Notes: generated by a model not told the origin, from the sequence alone. DNA of 35,878 nucleotides from Candidatus Gottesmanbacteria bacterium (GCA_026396845.1 JAPLWC010000001.1:11932-47809); one strand, 5' to 3'; shown: positions 22,418-30,882, numbered from the stretch's first letter. A program made the numbers and translations.

Positions 22418-23803
22418 ATGCAAATTATTGCCGATTTACAATTACATTCTAAATACTCACGGGCGGTATCGCCCAACATGGTGTTGCCGGAAATTTGCGC
22501 GTGGACGAGAAGGAAGGGAATGGGGCTTGTGGCAACCGGTGATTGGACGCACCCGTTGTGGATGCGGGAAATTAAAGCAAACCTCGAAGAGCTCGGGAAT
22601 GGGTTATTAAAGCTCAAAACCGCGACACCTGATGATCCGTTATTTCTTCTTGCGACGGAGGTTTCCTGCATTTATTCACAAAGCGGAAAAGGCCGCCGCA
22701 TCCACACGCTGATTTGGGTGCCGACCCTTGATTCTGCGGATAAAATCAATAAGGAGATGACGAAACAGGGATGCAACCTCATGAGCGACGGCAGACCGAT
22801 TATCGGATTGACGTCCATACAAGTTGCGGGACTCGTGTTAACCATTGAACCGCACGCGATGATCATTCCGGCTCATGCGTGGACGCCGTGGTTTTCGGTA
22901 TTCGGCAGCATGAGCGGATTTAACAGTCTGGAAGAGGCATTTGGGCCGTATGCGAAAAACGTGTATGCCGTTGAGACGGGTTTATCCAGCAGTCCCGCAA
23001 TGAACTGGCGGATTAAAGAATTGGATACCCGTTCAATTGTGTCGTTTTCCGATGCCCATTCTGGGCCGAAATTGGGGCGGGAAGCAACGGTATTTGAACT
23101 TGAAAAGCTTGGTTATGAACATATCCGTCAAGCTATTATGCAACCACATCAATTGAATACTGAATCGGGAATCATGAATACTGGAAAAAAAACAAATCAC
23201 AATTCAGTATTCAGTATTCAGCATTCACGCATCGCCTACACGATCGAATTTTATCCGGAGGAGGGGAAATATCACTGGTCCGGCCACCGCGCGTGCAATA
23301 TCCGCTGGGGTCCCAAAGAGACGGCGACCAAAGGGTCGTCGTGTCCGGTGTGCGGCAAGCCGCTGACGCAGGGGGTTGAACAGCGTGTAGGGGAGCTTGC
23401 CGGAAGAAGTGAGGAAGCGCTACAGATTACAAAGACAAAAACAGGAATGATCGGGAGCCGCGCGTTTCCTAACCGCCCGCCGTTTGTTATGCTGGTGCCG
23501 CTACAAGAAATTATTTCCGAATGCATCGGATCGCCGGTTGCAAGCCCCAAGGTTCAAACGCCGTACCGTCAATTGACTGACACGTTGGGCGGGGAATTTA
23601 ATATCCTTTTAAAAGCAGATCACGGGGATATCGCCAAGATTGCAGGGGAACGGGTGGCTGTCGGCGTTGACAAAGTGCGCGCAGGTGATATCGTCATTGA
23701 TCCCGGCTACGACGGCGTCTTCGGCGTCGTAAAACTCTGGCGGGAAGGGGAGAAAAAACCACTTGTAGATGCAACCCGCGAACAGTTGGAGATATTTTCC
23801 TGA
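22418..23803 (+). CDS. Endonuclease Q (PHP domain + Zn-finger) family protein
   Basis: MQIIADLQLHSKYSRAVS...VATGDWTHPLW, PAHAWTPW, SFSDAHSGPKLGRE, GKYHWSGHR, CPVCGKPLTQGVEQRV, RPPFVMLVPLQEII and DPGYDGVFG match my recollection of the archaeal EndoQ landmarks, in the same order. Confidence 0.8.
   Translation: MQIIADLQLHSKYSRAVSPNMVLPEICAWTRRKGMGLVATGDWTHPLWMREIKANLEELGNGLLKLKTATPDDPLFLLATEVSCIYSQSGKGRRIHTLIWVPTLDSADKINKEMTKQGCNLMSDGRPIIGLTSIQVAGLVLTIEPHAMIIPAHAWTPWFSVFGSMSGFNSLEEAFGPYAKNVYAVETGLSSSPAMNWRIKELDTRSIVSFSDAHSGPKLGREATVFELEKLGYEHIRQAIMQPHQLNTESGIMNTGKKTNHNSVFSIQHSRIAYTIEFYPEEGKYHWSGHRACNIRWGPKETATKGSSCPVCGKPLTQGVEQRVGELAGRSEEALQITKTKTGMIGSRAFPNRPPFVMLVPLQEIISECIGSPVASPKVQTPYRQLTDTLGGEFNILLKADHGDIAKIAGERVAVGVDKVRAGDIVIDPGYDGVFGVVKLWREGEKKPLVDATREQLEIFS
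23202..23229 (+). repeat. Four tandem heptamers (ATTCAGT ATTCAGT ATTCAGC ATTCACG) inside the EndoQ coding region
   Basis: Read directly from the sequence. The first 12 nt are the reverse complement of TGAATACTGAAT at 23154-23165. Confidence 0.85.
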
Positions 23804-23898
23804 AGCGTTTCCTTATTGACGGCGCCCCTCCGCTTCGTTATCGTGGAGATAGTAGTAATGAAGTAGCAGTGATGTATATTTGAGGGGAGGTGAATACA

Positions 23899-24225
23899 AT
23901 GGCAGCGAAAAGTAACGAAAATTTACTCGCAGCGGCATCCTACTTGCTAGGATTTGTGACTGGTATCATTATTCTTCTTGTCGAAAAGCAGAATAAATTC
24001 GTCCGTTTTCATGCGATGCAGTCAACCATATTGTTCGGCGGTATATTCATCGTCAATATTGTGTTGGGATTTATCCCGATATTGGGATGGATTGTGGGAC
24101 TCCTTTTATCCTTTGTCGCATTTATCCTCTGGATTGTCCTGATGTGGAAATCTTTCCAGGGAGAGATGTATAAAGTTCCGTACGTCGGAGACCTCGCGGA
24201 AAAACAGTTGGCGAAAATGAAGTAA
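23899..24225 (+). CDS. DUF4870-like small membrane protein
   Basis: LAAASYLLGFVTGIIILLVEKQNKFVRFHAMQS. GGAGG lies 9 nt before ATG 23899. Confidence 0.6.
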   Translation: MAAKSNENLLAAASYLLGFVTGIIILLVEKQNKFVRFHAMQSTILFGGIFIVNIVLGFIPILGWIVGLLLSFVAFILWIVLMWKSFQGEMYKVPYVGDLAEKQLAKMK

Positions 24226-24229
24226 GCTT

Positions 24230-24727
24230 GTGTTTACGAATCGAACTGATGCAGGGTTGCGTCTCGCAAAAGAACTTCTTTCATACCGCGGTGCGGTAGA
24301 TCTTGTCATAGGTCTTGCACGCGGGGGTGTCGTGGTTTCGGCAGCACTATCAAAAGTGTTACATATTCCGCACGACGTTCTCGTGGTTAAAAAAATCGGA
24401 AGTCCGGGAAATCCCGAATTTGCCATCGGTGCGCGGGTGCCGGAAGGACAACTACTTGATGTCCGGAATAAAACCGTCATTCTTACGGATGACGGGGCGG
24501 CGACGGGCGCCACAATGGAGGCCGCAATCCGTTGGGTTTGTAAGCACAACGCAAAAAAAATTATTGTTGCTTTGCCGGTTGCACCACCCGAGATAGCGGC
24601 AAAACTTCAAACGCTCGCGGGTGACGTCATTGTGTTGGAGACACCTTCGGATTTCGGTGCGGTCGGACAGTTTTACCGCGATTTTACGCAAGTAACGGAC
24701 GAAGACGTGGTACAATTACTCTCGTAG
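24230..24727 (+). CDS. Phosphoribosyltransferase-fold protein
   Basis: MFTNRTDAGLRLAKEL...VIGLARGGVVVS and the PRPP loop VILTDDGAATGATMEAA. GTG start. Confidence 0.7.
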   Translation: MFTNRTDAGLRLAKELLSYRGAVDLVIGLARGGVVVSAALSKVLHIPHDVLVVKKIGSPGNPEFAIGARVPEGQLLDVRNKTVILTDDGAATGATMEAAIRWVCKHNAKKIIVALPVAPPEIAAKLQTLAGDVIVLETPSDFGAVGQFYRDFTQVTDEDVVQLLS

Positions 24728-24743
24728 AGAGTGCAATCAAACT

Positions 24744-25337
24744 ATGAAACTCATTGTCGGCCTCGGTAATCCCGGTGCCCAGTATGCAAGTACCCGCCAC
24801 AACATCGGATTTATGGTGGTCGACAAATTAGAAAAAGAGCTTGGGGCCGGCGTACCGCCTGCTTGGCAAAAAGATGAGAAGAAGAACGTGTTGACGGCAA
24901 GAATCGGTGAAGTGCTTTTAGTGAAACCTCAAACGTTTATGAACAAATCTGGGTTTGCCGTCCGGGTACTTGTGGATTTTTATAAACTTACCCCCGCTGA
25001 CGTGTGGGTCATCCACGATGACATTGATCTGCCTATCGGCAAGATTAAAATCCGTGAAAAAGGCGGAAGCGCTGGACACAATGGGGTAACGAGTATTATT
25101 GAACAGCTTAAAACTGATGCGTTTGTCCGATTCCGTTTAGGCATCGGAAAAGGAGTTGATACGACGGGCGCCGGCGAAAACAAAAACATGCATCATAGGT
25201 CGGTGATTTCATTCGTTTTGTCGCGTTTCCGCCAATCAGAAGCAGGTTCATTTAAACATCTGATCAAACACGGCACAGAGGCAGTGCAAATGGCACTCCT
25301 GAAAGGCATCGATGTGGCGATGAATAGATACAACTGA
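24744..25337 (+). CDS. pth: Peptidyl-tRNA hydrolase
   Basis: MKLIVGLGNPGAQYASTRHNIGF, PQTFMNKSG, VIHDDIDLPIGKIKIR and GSAGHNG. Confidence 0.95.
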   Translation: MKLIVGLGNPGAQYASTRHNIGFMVVDKLEKELGAGVPPAWQKDEKKNVLTARIGEVLLVKPQTFMNKSGFAVRVLVDFYKLTPADVWVIHDDIDLPIGKIKIREKGGSAGHNGVTSIIEQLKTDAFVRFRLGIGKGVDTTGAGENKNMHHRSVISFVLSRFRQSEAGSFKHLIKHGTEAVQMALLKGIDVAMNRYN

Positions 25338-25343
25338 CTAGGT

Positions 25344-25622
25344 ATGGCAGATCAAACCGTTATCCCGACGATCGGCGATATCCTCAAAAAATTTAACCCG
25401 TTGGAAGATAAATACATTTCCCGTGAATTTCAATCGTACGGAATTTACCTTGCGGAAACGCTTGATGATTACAAACACAAGGCGCTCTATATTCGGCTAG
25501 CCAAAACCGTGCCTCGGGCGGTCCTTGAGAAAGCACTCAGTTTTGTCAAGGACGCCAACGCACGCAGCCGCGCAAGGCTTTTTATGTGGAAAATGGCTCA
25601 GTTGCGTAAAGGCAAAGAATGA
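25344..25622 (+). CDS. Hypothetical 92-aa protein
   Basis: It is an ORF between pth and acyP with an ATGA overlap at its 3' end. No recognised motif. Confidence 0.45.
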   Translation: MADQTVIPTIGDILKKFNPLEDKYISREFQSYGIYLAETLDDYKHKALYIRLAKTVPRAVLEKALSFVKDANARSRARLFMWKMAQLRKGKE

Positions 25623-25891
25623 AGCGCGTACATTGTATAATTTCCGGAGATATCGTGGGAGTAGGGTATCGGACATGGGTTGTTCGGTTGGCGCACGCGT
25701 TTCGTGTTATGGGTTGGGTGAAAAACAGGGAGGACCGGACGGTGGAGCTGGTTGCCGAAGGTGAGAAAGAAGCACTTGAGAAGCTTGTTGTTGCCTGTAA
25801 GAAAGGCCCTGATGTTGCATGGGTTAGTCACGTTGAGATTACGTGGGACCGCGCAACGCGTGAATTTATGGACTTTGCCGTTGTATACTAA
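25619..25891 (+). CDS. acyP: Acylphosphatase
   Basis: ISGDIVGVGYR and GWVKNREDRTVELVAEGEKEALEKL are the two acylphosphatase signatures. Confidence 0.85.
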   Translation: MKRVHCIISGDIVGVGYRTWVVRLAHAFRVMGWVKNREDRTVELVAEGEKEALEKLVVACKKGPDVAWVSHVEITWDRATREFMDFAVVY

Positions 25892-25895
25892 AGGT

Positions 25896-26357
25896 ATGTT
25901 CAAACAGATTATTGCCCGTAAGCCAACATTTTTTCTTTTCGTTTCATTAGGATATTTGGTCGTCGTTGGCCTATGTAAATGGTTTATCCACCCATCCCTT
26001 GATACTGTATGGTTTTTCCTCGGCGTCGTCATCGGTGTGTATTTATTGGATGCGGCGGAAGTATTTTTCGCCATCAACCCCTCGCCGTTTCGAAGCATCG
26101 TATTTGCCGGAGGATTTGTTGTCGTGTCGCTCTTTATAGTGACCTCGGCAAACGCAATGCTTGCTGACGGATTGGTGCTTTCACTCTATATAACGATGCT
26201 TTTGTGGCAAATCGGCGAATGGCAGATTACCGGCAATCTTAACTCGTGGTACCGCATGATCGCCGGTCCCGTATCCGTCCCGCTTCAAAAATGGGGGATG
26301 ATCATTTTTGCCGTACTGTTTGTCGTCGAAACGCTATTATTCTTGCGCTGGGCATGA
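25896..26357 (+). CDS. Hypothetical four-TM membrane protein
   Basis: 153 aa from ATG 25896 (AAGG just upstream). The track's longer start overlaps acyP. Its stop overlaps the next ATG (ATGA at 26354-26357). Confidence 0.55.
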   Translation: MFKQIIARKPTFFLFVSLGYLVVVGLCKWFIHPSLDTVWFFLGVVIGVYLLDAAEVFFAINPSPFRSIVFAGGFVVVSLFIVTSANAMLADGLVLSLYITMLLWQIGEWQITGNLNSWYRMIAGPVSVPLQKWGMIIFAVLFVVETLLFLRWA

Positions 26358-26842
26358 TAGACGCAGCATCAACCCTTTGGCAGTATTTGGCGCCGGATAT
26401 GCGGGCGCTTGTCCGCGACGGGGAGTTTTTGATAGAAGACAGTATCCGTCACCGGGACGTGCCGCCGACGGATTTTTCCTACCTCGTATTCCCGTTTGCC
26501 AAACTGTACGAGGGGTTTTTGAAGAAACTATTTTTGGACGCGAAGATTATTTCCGACCGCGAGTACCACAGTGATCATTTCCGCATCGGCAAGGTATTGT
26601 CCCCGAATATGGCCCGGCGGCTTGGCGACAGAAGCGCATATAGGCAAATCAGTGACCGCTACGGCGACCAACTGGCGGCCCGCCTCTGGCATACGTGGAA
26701 AGAGGGGAGAAACCTGGTCTTTCACTATTTCCCCCACAACTACCGTTCACTTTCCCGTCCGGCGGCAATCGAACTTATCAATCAACTTGTAGGCACGATG
26801 CATGAAGCAATAGAGATTCTTTTAGGCAGGAAATCCTTGTAA
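26354..26842 (+). CDS. HEPN-like protein (Rx4H motif), function unknown
   Basis: 162 aa, predicted all-helical. WKEGRNLVFHYF contains R-N-x3-H as in HEPN RNase motifs. An earlier conserved acidic helix is FAKLYEGFLKKLF. No profile search was possible. Confidence 0.45.
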   Translation: MIDAASTLWQYLAPDMRALVRDGEFLIEDSIRHRDVPPTDFSYLVFPFAKLYEGFLKKLFLDAKIISDREYHSDHFRIGKVLSPNMARRLGDRSAYRQISDRYGDQLAARLWHTWKEGRNLVFHYFPHNYRSLSRPAAIELINQLVGTMHEAIEILLGRKSL

Positions 26843-26852
26843 TAAAAACCTT

Positions 26853-27986
26853 ATGGATGAGATAGCAGAAGTTACTATTCCTAAATTAGAAGGTATTACT
26901 CCGGAAATAAATAAACTTGAGGCCTTCTCCAATTTATTTCGTCGTTTGGGCGCAATTACATCCAAAAGCCGTATCCGAAATACCGAGAGTGACCGCCCCT
27001 TTTCGCTTCTTGCGAAAAGAGCTGAACTTTTTGGCCAGGCGAAAGGAGCCCTACACGAAAAAGATACTCAGAAAGTAAGAGAAGTAATTCACGAAGCACA
27101 TGGAAGAGATGAGATTGCCAAACAATACCTTACACAAGGAGAAGTGACGATAGACATGGGGGAATTAGGAAAACAGACTGCACGCTATGTGGAAGTAAAG
27201 CCGCCGGCAGAGCGTAATAAAAATCTCCCGACGATTTTTTTAGTTCCGGGAATTTCAAATGATATTGATTGTGTCGGGTGGCTTATACAGGAGTTGGCGT
27301 GGGAAGGGAGAACGGTCGTATGTGCGGGCTTTCCTGAATCCCATATGGGAAAGACAACAGAGGCATTCGCCCGTGCAGTAAAAGATTCAAAAGAATATGG
27401 TCCGCACAGTCAATTGTTTAGTTCTGAACTTAATATGCTTATTCCTGAAGGAGAAGTTGAACTATGGGGACAGTCGACAGGAGTACCAATACTTGAGCAG
27501 ATGCTGCAGAATCCAGATATCCAGGAGAGAGTAACGAATGCCGTTGGGTTGAACCCGGCAAGTTCCGTAGATCAAACCCCCACGTCACTGTACTCCGGCA
27601 TCGCAAAAGAAGCCGCTTACCTTGCGGGAGAGTTAAAAAATATGCCTAAATATACTCTCAGTGGCGGGCGAAGAGAAATAGACGGAATAACAAAAGAACA
27701 TCCGCTACAACTAAAATTTAATAAAGAGGTGATGAACACCCTTCTTGAGAGAGTGAGAACAAAAATGGATTTGTGGAAGACGGCAAGAGTCAAAGAGGGC
27801 GGTACGATAACCATTGTCTCCGGAGATAAAGATAGTATGACGAAGAGCTCTCAGGAGTTTACTGATCAAGCAAAACTTCAGTCAGAAAATCCACAAGTAA
27901 GACTTCTTCGTATTCCTGACTGTCACCATTCAACTGTGCTTATACATCCTGAGGTCGTACTCAATAAGTTGAAACCGATATCTTGA
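26853..27986 (+). CDS. Alpha/beta hydrolase with ~120-aa N-terminal extension
   Basis: PTIFLVPGIS (oxyanion region), the nucleophile elbow GQSTG, SGDKD and the DCHHS histidine occur in triad order. Confidence 0.65.
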   Translation: MDEIAEVTIPKLEGITPEINKLEAFSNLFRRLGAITSKSRIRNTESDRPFSLLAKRAELFGQAKGALHEKDTQKVREVIHEAHGRDEIAKQYLTQGEVTIDMGELGKQTARYVEVKPPAERNKNLPTIFLVPGISNDIDCVGWLIQELAWEGRTVVCAGFPESHMGKTTEAFARAVKDSKEYGPHSQLFSSELNMLIPEGEVELWGQSTGVPILEQMLQNPDIQERVTNAVGLNPASSVDQTPTSLYSGIAKEAAYLAGELKNMPKYTLSGGRREIDGITKEHPLQLKFNKEVMNTLLERVRTKMDLWKTARVKEGGTITIVSGDKDSMTKSSQEFTDQAKLQSENPQVRLLRIPDCHHSTVLIHPEVVLNKLKPIS

Positions 27987-28025
27987 TACTTGCACCAAAA
28001 TGAACGAGTGGGGTATTGTAAGAGT

Positions 28026-28685
28026 ATGGCTGCCAAAAAAGTAGTTACCTCAGTTTCCAGTGTTTTTCGTCTCTGGGCATGGATTCTCCTGGCATGGAGC
28101 CTCTACCGGTACTTTTTAAAACTTCCTGAGTGGGCCGATGAGTTTATCTTCAAGCCGCTCGTGTTTGTGGCACCGGTCATTTGGTACGTCCGCAACAAGG
28201 AAAAAGAAGGTCTTGCAACACTCGGGTTCACCCGGCGCAATTTTTTTACCAGTGTGTATATCGGATTGGGATTCGGCGTCGTATTTGCACTCGAAGGATT
28301 GGTCACGCATGTAATCAAATACGGAACATGGGATGTCAATCCGATTGCTGCATTTCAGCAATATGGATTTTTCCTCATTCTTCTGTCTTTGGCGACGGCA
28401 TGTACGGAAGAATTACTGTCACGCGGGTTTGTCTTTAACCGTTTATACGAGAAAACAAAAAATTTGGCGTACTCATCCGTTGTTTCTTCGGTAATGTTTG
28501 TCCTTCTCCATGTACCGATTTTGGTTACAATGACAAAGTTGCAGGGGACGACACTCGTTCTTTTCCTCGTGACGGATTTGGTGCTGGGTATTGCCAACAG
28601 CCTGCTTTACTACAATACCGGATCGCTTGTTGCCCCGATTTTGGTCCACATCTTCTGGAACATGACCGTCGCGCTCTACCTGTAA
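28026..28685 (+). CDS. CPBP-family intramembrane glutamic endopeptidase (CAAX protease/Abi family)
   Basis: EELLSRGFVFNRL, FVLLHV and HIFWN motifs across multiple TM helices. Confidence 0.8.
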   Translation: MAAKKVVTSVSSVFRLWAWILLAWSLYRYFLKLPEWADEFIFKPLVFVAPVIWYVRNKEKEGLATLGFTRRNFFTSVYIGLGFGVVFALEGLVTHVIKYGTWDVNPIAAFQQYGFFLILLSLATACTEELLSRGFVFNRLYEKTKNLAYSSVVSSVMFVLLHVPILVTMTKLQGTTLVLFLVTDLVLGIANSLLYYNTGSLVAPILVHIFWNMTVALYL

Positions 28686-28716
28686 CCAATCACTTTTTGT
28701 TTGTATTTCCATAGTC

Positions 28717-28725
28717 TGTTACAAT
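28717..28725 (+). promoter_or_regulatory. Extended -10 element (TGTTACAAT) 10 nt upstream of the 28736 ATG
   Basis: TGTTACAAT, then ACGGAAAATT, then ATG. Confidence 0.4.
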
Positions 28726-28735
28726 ACGGAAAATT

Positions 28736-29395
28736 ATGGACGTAGAACGTCGTATTAATCCGGAACAACAATTAGAAATACTGGAAAATCTGAAGCCAAA
28801 ACTCGGAAAGTTTTTCCAAGAGATGGTATATGGGCAATGGGGATTACGGCCTGAAGATGTACGATTGGTAGATGAAGCGGGTTTTGGGTATACAGGGGTG
28901 CCTATTTACGGCCCGGAATTAACCCAAGGATGGCCACATATTGATATTGCTGTGCTGGAAGATAAGTACAAAGGCCCTCGTTCTCTCCAGTCTCACCCAA
29001 AGAAAATTATTTTTCCTATGGTGAAAGAAATGGGCATCAATAATCTTCCAGCTCTCATTGGCCAACGGTATGGTATTTCCGTTGAAGATTTGCTCAAGGG
29101 ATCTTCAGGCATCTTTTCCTTACCTACAATGGAAGTAAGCCTTGCCGGTACACCAGCCCTGGTGCCGGAGCCTGCAGCACATGTTCGCGTGTTTGCGGAG
29201 GAGACCATATTGTTTTATGAATTAAAATCCGGAGGGGAAGAAAAAATTAAGGAGTGGTTTCTGAAATTAAAACTGCTTCGAGACGCAAGCCAAACTCTTC
29301 ATAAATCAGATGTCCAGCAGGCAGCCCAAGAGGCGATTGAAAAAAGTGTTGCGCGATGGACAAACCAAAACTGGGAGTGGATGGTAGTCAACTAA
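28736..29395 (+). CDS. Hypothetical 219-aa protein
   Basis: Long ORF with its own promoter-like element. No motif I can assign. Confidence 0.5.
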   Translation: MDVERRINPEQQLEILENLKPKLGKFFQEMVYGQWGLRPEDVRLVDEAGFGYTGVPIYGPELTQGWPHIDIAVLEDKYKGPRSLQSHPKKIIFPMVKEMGINNLPALIGQRYGISVEDLLKGSSGIFSLPTMEVSLAGTPALVPEPAAHVRVFAEETILFYELKSGGEEKIKEWFLKLKLLRDASQTLHKSDVQQAAQEAIEKSVARWTNQNWEWMVVN

Positions 29396-29413
29396 AACCT
29401 CAATTGTGGGGTA

Positions 29414-29434
29414 GGGGATCCACGAAAAATCCCC
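29414..29434. terminator. Hairpin GGGGAT-N9-ATCCCC between convergent genes (weak terminator candidate, no U-tract)
   Basis: 6-bp GC-rich stem and 9-nt loop, lying between the stops at 29395 (+) and 29472 (-). Confidence 0.25.
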
Positions 29435-29471
29435 CGCGGAGCGAGGGATGTTTCGGTTAAACAATTTTTTC

Positions 29472-29615
29472 TTATTTTATTCCGACTACCTGGATTGCTT
29501 GATTGATTCCCGCCGCCTGTCCGACGTAAAAACCAATGAGTCCGCCGAAAATCGCCATAACCAGAAGTATGGTGATACTCATGACGTCTAATTTCATTTT
29601 TGTTTTCTTTGCCAT
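29472..29615 (-). CDS. Unlisted 47-aa single-TM membrane protein
   Basis: Hand-translated: MAKKTKMKLDVMSITILLVMAIFGGLIGFYVGQAAGINQAIQVVGIK. A strong Shine-Dalgarno GGAGGTGA lies 5 nt before the ATG at 29615. It is below the 60-aa track cutoff. Confidence 0.5.
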   Translation of the reverse strand: MAKKTKMKLDVMSITILLVMAIFGGLIGFYVGQAAGINQAIQVVGIK

Positions 29616-29679
29616 ACGTATCACCTCCCCTCCGGGTCAGAAGTACAAATTATGTATCTGTATTCATACTAGCACATCG

Positions 29680-30441
29680 TTATTGCGCAAGCCACCCGCC
29701 GTCAACATACAGGGTAGCTCCGGTTGTATAGCCTGCTTCATCTGATGCAAAATACACAACAGCAGCCGCTATTTCTTCGGGTTTGCCGGCTCGTTTTAAG
29801 GGCGCCCTGGCAAGTAACGCTTCCGCCTGTTTCGGATCTTTAAGCATTGCATCCGTCATTTCCGTCTCGATGACCCCGGGGCCTATGGCGTTGACGAGTA
29901 TTCCCATCGGTGCAAGCTCGTCGGCCAGCGCTTCTGTCATGCCCACGACGCCGCCTTTTGAGGCACAGTACGCGGCAATCCCGGGAAATCCCACGCCAAC
30001 GCCACCGGAAGCGATACTTGCGATATTCACAATCCTACCCCATTTATTTTTCATCATTTCTTTTACCGCAGCCTGAGAAACTAAATAATATCCCTTCAGA
30101 TTGGTATCCATCACTTTATTCCAGACGTCCTCCGTCATGTCGATAAACGGCGCACCATCTGCCGTACCGGCACAATTAAGGAGTATGTCGAGTTTCCCGA
30201 ATGTCGCGACAGCACTGGCAATCGCAGCATCAACCTCGCTTTTTTTTGTGACATCCATCTGGATTGCGAGAGCATCTTTACCGTGATTCTTGATTTCGGC
30301 AACAAGTGTTTGCAGGCGATCGAGCCGGCGTGCTGCAACAACTACTTTAGCTCCCTGTATTGCGAGCGCAAGGGCCGAGGCTCTTCCAATACCACTAGAA
30401 GCACCCGTTATGAATGCGACCTTGCCGGTAAGATCAAACAT
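29680..30441 (-). CDS. Short-chain dehydrogenase/reductase (FabG/glucose dehydrogenase-like)
   Basis: TGASSGIGRA, NCAG, and catalytic S...YCASK. ATG at 30441; the track's longer start was rejected. Confidence 0.85.
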   Translation of the reverse strand: MFDLTGKVAFITGASSGIGRASALALAIQGAKVVVAARRLDRLQTLVAEIKNHGKDALAIQMDVTKKSEVDAAIASAVATFGKLDILLNCAGTADGAPFIDMTEDVWNKVMDTNLKGYYLVSQAAVKEMMKNKWGRIVNIASIASGGVGVGFPGIAAYCASKGGVVGMTEALADELAPMGILVNAIGPGVIETEMTDAMLKDPKQAEALLARAPLKRAGKPEEIAAAVVYFASDEAGYTTGATLYVDGGWLAQ

Positions 30442-30871
30442 AGTTATTTCCTTTTTTTTCCAGACTATAGCTTTTGACCGCAAGAAAAAACAACACAAAC
30501 ATATTAACGGTTGATATGGCGCACCACATACAGATGCCCCGAATGACAAAGAGTTCCGTATAGGTAAACCACAGGGTAAAACACACTCCGAATATGGTCA
30601 TGCCGAGGATACCTTTAAGCAGATTAATATTTTTTGACGTACTGCGGGCAAATGCGAGCATTGCGATAACGGCATAACCCAATAATCCGACGGATGGCAC
30701 AGGAACTCCTAAAAGATAACTTGACGGGCTTTTGCGTACCAGCTCACAGCCCGAGGTTACGCAGATAATGCCGACTTTCCGTAAAAAACTCTGAGTGACG
30801 TAGACGGCAATCAATATTCCGACGAGTGAAAGAACAAAAATAATCCGGTTCAGAAGGACGGTTTGTTTCAT
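30434..30871 (-). CDS. Vitamin K epoxide reductase (VKOR) family protein
   Basis: Four TM helices; loop cysteines in CVTSGCELV, then SSYLLGVPVPSVGLLGY and the CMWC redox motif. The 3' end overlaps the SDR start by 8 nt. Confidence 0.75.
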   Translation of the reverse strand: MKQTVLLNRIIFVLSLVGILIAVYVTQSFLRKVGIICVTSGCELVRKSPSSYLLGVPVPSVGLLGYAVIAMLAFARSTSKNINLLKGILGMTIFGVCFTLWFTYTELFVIRGICMWCAISTVNMFVLFFLAVKSYSLEKKGNNYV

Positions 30872-30882
30872 ATGTTTACTAT

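Noticed and set aside
28736-29395. The 219-aa orphan as a minimal nucleotidyltransferase partner (GFGYTG...PHIDIAVL) for the HEPN-like protein.
   Set aside because: Only one acidic residue sits where the NTase D-x-D should be, and the gene lies two genes away from the HEPN-like ORF. This is too weak to claim.
29396-29471. A 76-nt gap of tRNA size between convergent genes.
   Set aside because: The ends do not pair as an acceptor stem and I could draw no cloverleaf. Only a simple hairpin (29414-29434) is present.
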